64,000 bases of DNA. It comes from Schizochytrium sp. TIO01. Its lineage: Eukaryota > Protista > Bigyra: Labyrinthulomycetes. The notes beneath the pieces are model-generated. The model saw only the letters and a list, made by a program, of their open reading frames with translations, searched no databases and was not told where the DNA came from. Of the stretch, positions 57,601 through 64,000 are shown one piece after another. The translations under genes and the position numbers were made by a program. Position 1 is the stretch's first letter. Each line of letters starts with the position of its first letter. The stretch lies in the NCBI GenBank assembly GCA_004764695.1, contig SMSO01000031.1, forward strand, positions 5,624,761-5,688,760, given 5' to 3'.

Positions 57601-60027
57601 GGCTTGGATCATATTCCGAGCCTCTCTCACCACTGAGTTTATTTCGATTGGCTTAAGACTGAAATACTGGGAAGCCACATCAATATCACGAACAGCTTTC
57701 GGCCAAACTTTGAAACATGGATGGTTTAGAAATTTGGTGTCGACCTCAACGTTGTGCTTTCGCGCAAACGCAAGAATGCCACGCAGCATACGATCTGCGA
57801 CAGGTGCTCCAAACATAAGGGAATCTGACAAAAATGCTTTGGTTCGCAACAAGAGACATGAAGGAGCTGCTGCTTGGGTAGAAGAAGAGGCTGTTGAAGA
57901 AGCATGCGGAAGCCATTTTGACCGCTTGTCTGAAATGTAACCGTGCTTTACCGACTTGGCATTAAGTTTACCCAAGTCTCCATGCAGCTGCTGGACAGAC
58001 ACAATATCATTTTGTAATACATAATGTGGCTCCATGTGCAGTTCTTCCCAAATATGCATGCTAAGCTGATGCATCGTGTCCTCTGCGGCGACAGAGTCTC
58101 GACTAAAAATTGCTACTGTACTTGGATGCCGCCCACGTGAGCAAAAGAAGTTGTCAATTGCAAGCATGGCATCAATATGCCTGTGTCTCCATGTCTCATT
58201 CATCGCCGGTGCTGAGTGACGACGTGTAAAGTTGGCAGAGATCTTCATAACAAGGTTTTTCTCGCTTTCTAGAGCAGCCCATCCAGGTTGATAGCATTGA
58301 ACAGCCTCGTTTTTACCTTTCAACTCAATACCTCCAAGAGAATGAAAAATGAAATCCTGCGCGGACTCTTCACAAGCAACACGCGTTGTTTCATCGCAAA
58401 CGATCCGGCCAATGAAACCATCGCTCATCTTCAGTTTTTCCCCACTTTTATTTGCTGCCTGCATAAAACGAGCACTGACATTTACAGAGTCACCAAGCAA
58501 GGTATATTCCTTACGCGACCCACTACCCACGGGGCCACATAAGGCTGTACCTGTCGTCACACCAATATATCGCTTAGTGGAGGAATCAATATCGCGGAGA
58601 GTTTTGACTGTTCGCAAAGCGAATGCTATTCCACGAGCAGGGTCATTCTCATGGGATAATGGAGGAAGACCAAGAGCAAGTAAAACCGTGGTTCCTTTGT
58701 CGTCCACGAGAAACTTGTTAACGCTCGCTTCCACACGATAAGCCTCGCGCTGGACGCTTCGGAAGACAGCCTGAACACGTTGTAGCTGATTTTGAGATAT
58801 TGACACCAAATCATGTGGGTTGAAGCCAAGATTTAAGAAAATAGTTGTAACCTCGCGGACTTCTGCCATATATGCAAGGTTTGAATAGAGGAATGGTGTA
58901 ATTGCGGCAGGCACATACCGTTGAAGCTGACGAATTTCATGGTTGCTAGTAAGCACAGACCGCTTAATAGAAATATTACGCACGCGTTTCTTGCAAGCAC
59001 TAATAACCGCAGAACCACTTGGAAGGTGTTTTGCATCAAAACGATCTTGGATCAGCGCCCATACCTCAGGAGAAACAATAGTTTGGCCAGGTTCGCTCTG
59101 ATTTTCACCAGCAAATGCTTGCAAAAGTGCTTCACCACATGGCACAATTTCAATACGATTCTGCTCACCACCTACATGAAGAATAGAGGCCTTTCCTACA
59201 CCGATACCTATTTTAATGGAGAATTGCACTCCAGCGGCTAACTCAGCACCATGGAGTTCTTCTTGTAGCTGTAGACCAGCTTGTGTTGCTTTGGACGCCA
59301 TGGTGGCAAGGTCAAGATTATTTTTGTCATCGTACTCAGGCTGCCAAAACACAAGCATTGCATCACCTGCAAACTTCATAATATCACCACCTCCTTTACC
59401 AAGTAACTTATTGATTCGTTCAAAATATCGATTGAGAAAGAAACCAAGTTTCTCAGATCCTGCACTACCCTCTGCGCTGAGTCGTTCTGTTAATTTGGTA
59501 AAGCCACTTACGTCCAGAAAAATAGCAACAGTCTCAAGCTCTTGATTATAAGGAGTGAGGTCCCATACCTCTTCTACCTCACGCAACATTCGTTGCACAA
59601 AATCAACCAAATGCCAAGATGCAAAGTCTTGAACAATTTTGGAACCTGAGTGTCCATCAATATTTTCTGTTGATTGTGTACTCTCCATCAGTGCAGACCT
59701 CCTTCGTGTAAGTGCCCGACTCTTTGAGGCTGGTGTAGGTGCTAATTCGAGTGGAACATCAGTTCCGCTAGATGTGCGTTGTCTTGCAGCCGGTTCTAAA
59801 TCTTCATCGCTACTGATATCATCTTCAGAAGAGGTCACGGAGGATGATCTAGTGTTTGACCTTCTCAAGGATGCGGACGCCGGTAGCTGAAGTACAGAAC
59901 CACTTGCGGTGAAGGTTTGAGTAGAGTCCGTAGCTTGGCTGGAGTATACCCGAGAGTTTGCAAGTGCAACATCCTGTACTCCTTCACCTTCACCTTCATC
60001 TGCTGCATCAACTTTGTGCTCTGACAT
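53510..60027 (-). CDS. Soluble adenylyl cyclase (ADCY10-like) - class I cyclic nucleotide phosphodiesterase fusion gene, ~2170 aa, split into three overlapping ORFs by two +1 discontinuities
   Basis: ORFs 56467-60027, 54519-56519 and 53510-54637 overlap on the same strand. Each break falls inside a domain whose other half continues in the next ORF. Confidence 0.8.
54634..56519 (-). other. Segment 2: end of the sAC-type helical region, disordered linker, N-terminal half of the PDEase_I domain
   Basis: YRFCDIIMRDKTY..ILLAHRTRFH; LDSWSFDIF; NPYHNSMHAADVVQ. Confidence 0.88.
56467..60027 (-). other. Segment 1: tandem class III cyclase domains C1/C2 (sAC/ADCY10 type) plus a degenerate STAND/AAA module
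   Basis: C1: FLDVSGFTKLTE...DIMKFAGDAMLVFW. C2: VNKFLVDDKG...GLPPLSHE...IGVTTG..CG.VGS..RKEYTLLGDSVNVSARFM. Walker-B-like LILTLEDAHFL. Confidence 0.93.
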
Positions 60028-62533
60028 GGCCTAGAATCGTGTAGAAGTTTTTGGCAAAGTTGAGCCAGCACTCCAAGGGGAGTGCTGAGAATTAGGCACG
60101 GATCACCTTGGCTGAGATCCTTGCGCTCCAGAAAGTTGACTCTCGAGCAAAGATGATCGCAGTCCACTACCTGCACGTTTGTAAAAGACGAGCCAGCAGT
60201 ACTCCTCCCCGTATGCGAGCTTCTTTGATGATTTGTATGTTCAAATGATGTGCCTTTTATTAGCAACTATGATGAGAAATTATTTTGTTGCACTGTTTTT
60301 GCGTGAAGCTTCTCAATCGCCGAAGCAGCATGCAATCAATGATCAACGCTTCGGTTACCTGATTACTACAACAACGCCTTATGAACCCGAGATCCTCTGA
60401 CGTCGAGCTCGCGTGGCAGATACAAGGCCTGCTTTTTTCTGCAATGATTCGTCTCAGCACCTAAGTGACGTTATTTCCATGAGGTTTAGTCTCTGACTCG
60501 AATACCTAATGCTCGTGTGTGCACTTATGCACGTATGGAATGTGAACAAACACGTTTGACCGGCCGGTCTTTTTTGAGGAATGCTGTGAATCTATCACAT
60601 CTCTTTCAATCACTTTAGAATATTGTTTCACTATTTATCACTATTTAATATAACTTTCTTCCTTTTCCTCTTCTCCTTCGTCTGAACCTCCTCCTCCGCC
60701 TCCTCCTCATTCTTCGTCATCTTCTTTCACATAGACTCATGTTCTTAAGTCGTGTAAAACTGACTCGAAACAAACTAAAGTTTTAAACTAACAAAAGAGA
60801 AAACAAAACCTTTAGCTCCTGGAAAAATATGTGATGAAAGATTTGAGAAGGTCAAAGTCAATTCATAGTTCGACCTGCAGATTGCTGGGAGAAAGCCGCC
60901 TTTCTTCTCCTACGGTGGTCCTTCCTTCTGCATTCGGTGCTCACTTAGACAAGACTGTATTGGCAAGGTTTTCAATTTGTGTTCAACCGCTCTAAAGGTG
61001 TAGAGAGGTGTCATGTAGCCTGTACTTCTATGACTAATAGTACCGGTTGCCGATAGCACGCACGCATCTCGAACTTAGCTTTTGCGCAACCGTTCAGCTT
61101 CCTTGCGAATTCTTCCCTACTTTGTCATAGTGCACCTGTCACACAACAAGTAGGTATGTATTATCAAATTATAGTACAAAGAAGTAGTAGCGGTACCAGT
61201 CTCGCTACCTGGCTTTTAGATGCCGATATAAGTCACAAGCGAGACCGCACCTAACGATTTCTACAATTCAGTCTCCTTCTGATATAATGTGCCACACTTG
61301 AGAAGAAGGAGAACAGACAAATCACATGAATTGGCCCAAGACAATTCAAGCACATATTCTGCTTTTTTGGTTCCCGCTGTCTGTTTTTCCTGCGCATGCA
61401 GTGCTCTGAATGGCTTTCTAAAGAGCCTCCTTCCGCACAATCTTTACATACTCCCAAATATCATTCAGAGCCACTACCCATCCTAGAATTTATATTGTCA
61501 GTTCAACGGCTCGGTGTGTACCTATGAAAAACCTTTAATTGGTATTTCGTGTTGAAAGTTCCCCGATTGGAAAAGCTTTCAGCCGATTGACTATGTCTTC
61601 TCGGAGAGCTCCAACTAATTGGTTGATGCCATGCAGTTCAATCCAGACTGACAACTAAGGACAGACAGCATCATCTGAACTACGCCAACCAAGAACCCTC
61701 CAATAGGCGTCTCACGACTTTACAAATTGACCCAGCTGTCACAATGACTGTTAAAATTGAAAAAAAACAAAAAAACTTTTAATTTAGAAAAAAAAATAAC
61801 AAATGAAAAATGAAAAATGAAACTAAAATTTATAAATCAATCAAAGGTATGTGTATCGCGATCGAGTGGCGAGCCATATTCGCTACACCGTGTCTACTCT
61901 TTCCAGGTCGTGCGGGGACTTCATAAACTCAGAGCTCGCTGATGTATGAACATCACGAAACCGAACAAAACCAAACGAAACTATATGCGCGAAAACTTCC
62001 TCTCACCACAAGATGTTAGATGGTCAAAAGCGAACGCACATTACTAATGTTTACTCTATGTACATAGTACCTTAACAGCGAGAAAACTTGCGTTACATGC
62101 AATTGATTGCTCCAGCGCAAGTCCTCTGCAGGCCGGTGTATAAAGAAGACAAACGCACAGCTGGAAGTACCAGGTAGACAAACAGGCTGTAGGCCAGCTT
62201 CATGAGAGTTGCAGGCGCCAAAAGTGCCCGCAGAAAGTAATTGCTTTCTTCAAAGTCTTTGGCGGCGTCGATTACAATAGGCCATTACTTCGTCGTTAGC
62301 CCGTTTGAAAGAGGCCTATCGACATTTTTTTTCACGTTGATTTAATCCAACGCTTTTTGGCGAAGCGGGCGTATCCAAATTCGCGTGAAATAATCCAACG
62401 AATACAGAGTTCGTTCGATATTTTCCAACGAAATACCACCTCGCCGCCGCCGGTGCCGCCACGACAAACGCGAGTCGCCGCCGCGCCGCGCCTTCAGACG
62501 CGGAGTCGAGCGCGCGATCTGTAGCCGTCGAGA

Positions 62534-64000
62534 ATGTCTCAGCGGCGGCCCACGGTGCGGCCACGGCCGCTGGACCCCTTCAAGCAGCTCCAGGTCATCC
62601 GCGACGGGTCCCAATTCGACGCCATTAACGAGGACGACGATGCTACCAACGCCAACTCCAACTCCAGCAACACCGCCAGCGCCGCCTCTGGCGCTGCCGA
62701 CGCAGGGATAAAGGCGGAGAAGGACGGATCTTCTGCAGGCAGCCGTAAGGAAACGCCTGCTCAGGGCGAGGCACCAGCAGAAAAATCGGCGTCGTCGTCG
62801 TCGTCGTCGCCGCCTTCTGGGAAAGGTGCGGAAAAGGGAAACGATAAAAATGATAAAGATAATAAAGAAGGTGCCGTAAATGACGACAGCAAGAAGAACG
62901 AAACTCCGGCGCAGCACACACTGTTAGGTACTTTGGTAAGTCACGATATGCTTTGTAAAGATTTGGCAAAAGCTTAGCGAGGGCTTGGGGAGATCTGGGA
63001 AAGATTTGGTGTGAATTTCGCTCATTGTACGCTGGAACCACCAAATAAGCGTATCTTGGGACTAGTTAGAATTGGTTGTACTCTCTGAACCTACGCCTTG
63101 GTGATGTCGATCTTTGCAAGCGGTTTCACTGTTCATCTGGGAAGTGATTTTCATTCCTGATTTGGATTATTGTCAAATGGGAATGTGTGCTGAAGTTCAA
63201 AGTTTGCTCATGTAAAGAAAGAAATTATGAAAACCTGTGCGAAAGATGGGGAAATGGAGTGAAATGTATGTAAATTGATTGCTGACAAATTAAACAAAAA
63301 TCTTCAATGATGCGATTGGGAAATACGTCATGGGTTGCCCCAATCCAACATTCATTTATTGAACTGTCGCGGTTGAAATCTGGATACACAGACGGAGCAG
63401 TTAGCTGAGAAAGGGCAAAGTAAGTCCCACCAGACCAAGTTCAACTTGCCCGTGCCAGAGAGCCAGCGGGTATCTACCTTTGATCAAACAGTGCCTAGCA
63501 CATTCAAGCCAAACAACGCCTACGTGCGCTACCGACCCAAGCACATTGATGACCACAACTTTTCCGGCGAAACCGAATACGAGCTGTCCGTGGAAGACGA
63601 GCAATGGCTCCGCCAACATCCCAAATATAACCCCAAAGGCCCATATCCGCTCTCTGAGGAAAACTTTGAACGCATGATAGACCTCATGGAGCGGCGCACG
63701 GGGCGGGAATTTCCTATCAATCTTGATATTGCTACGCAACTTGTGAAAAAAATTATGAATCTTGACCTGCGAAGCAAGGAGAATACAGTTGTTCACGATG
63801 TGTATGCATGGTGGTTCCAGAAACGCCAAAAACTGCGTAAACCGCTCTTACGTCGATTCTGGCCGGCCACTGCGGCAGATGACTCAAGTCCCAACTTGAC
63901 CTTTCGACCTCTGGAAAAGGAGCGCTATCGTTTACGCAAGAAGCGACAAAACAACACTGATTCATACGAGAAGATGCTGCAGCTAAAATCCGATTTTGAG
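62534..64000 (+). CDS. EPL1: Enhancer of polycomb-like (EPC/Epl1, NuA4 subunit), 5' part; exon 1 62534-62935, exon 2 from 63392 running off the window end
   Basis: N-terminal RPRPLD motif. Exon 2 (absent from the ORF track because it has no stop) reads ..LPVPES..YVRY..EYELSVEDEQWL..FERMIDLME..VYAWWFQKRQKLRKPLLRRFWP..DSSPNLTFRP.EKE..RLRKKRQNNTDSYEKMLQLK. Confidence 0.92.
62936..63391 (+). other. Spliceosomal intron (456 nt, phase 0)
   Basis: TTG|GTAAGT donor and ACACAG|ACG acceptor; joins the two EPC exons in frame. Confidence 0.8.

Noticed and set aside
1-64000. CRISPR arrays, transposases, rRNA
   Set aside because: All repeats are head-to-tail without spacers; no transposase, RT or rRNA motifs were recognised.

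Overview
Eukaryotic nuclear DNA. Genes are compact and intron-poor, and the spacers are rich in micro- and minisatellites. Gene style suggests a thraustochytrid/labyrinthulomycete stramenopile; this is an inference. About 14 protein genes are supportable: a Golgi-type sulfotransferase, a hypothetical protein, a 2054-aa MyTH4-FERM myosin, a Q/H-rich protein with a THAP-like motif, an SMP-30/gluconolactonase propeller, SERCA, a dUTPase with an extra C-terminal domain, a Zn-motif/Tudor/ankyrin protein, VPS24/CHMP3, an O-fucosyltransferase-family protein, a DEK_C + BIN4-like protein, COQ8, a large soluble adenylyl cyclase-phosphodiesterase fusion, and the 5' part of an Enhancer-of-polycomb gene. 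The strongest candidate for an undescribed system is 53510-60027 (-). Three overlapping ORFs there join into one ~2170-aa protein with ADCY10-type tandem cyclase domains, a decayed STAND NTPase module, a linker rich in PKA-type sites and a class I cyclic-nucleotide PDE. It is interrupted by two +1 frame discontinuities, which could be assembly errors, tiny introns or recoding. The second candidate is a topoisomerase VI accessory BIN4-like domain fused to a DEK_C chromatin domain. No rRNA, confident tRNA, CRISPR array or transposase was found. All domain calls are by-eye motif recognition, not database hits.
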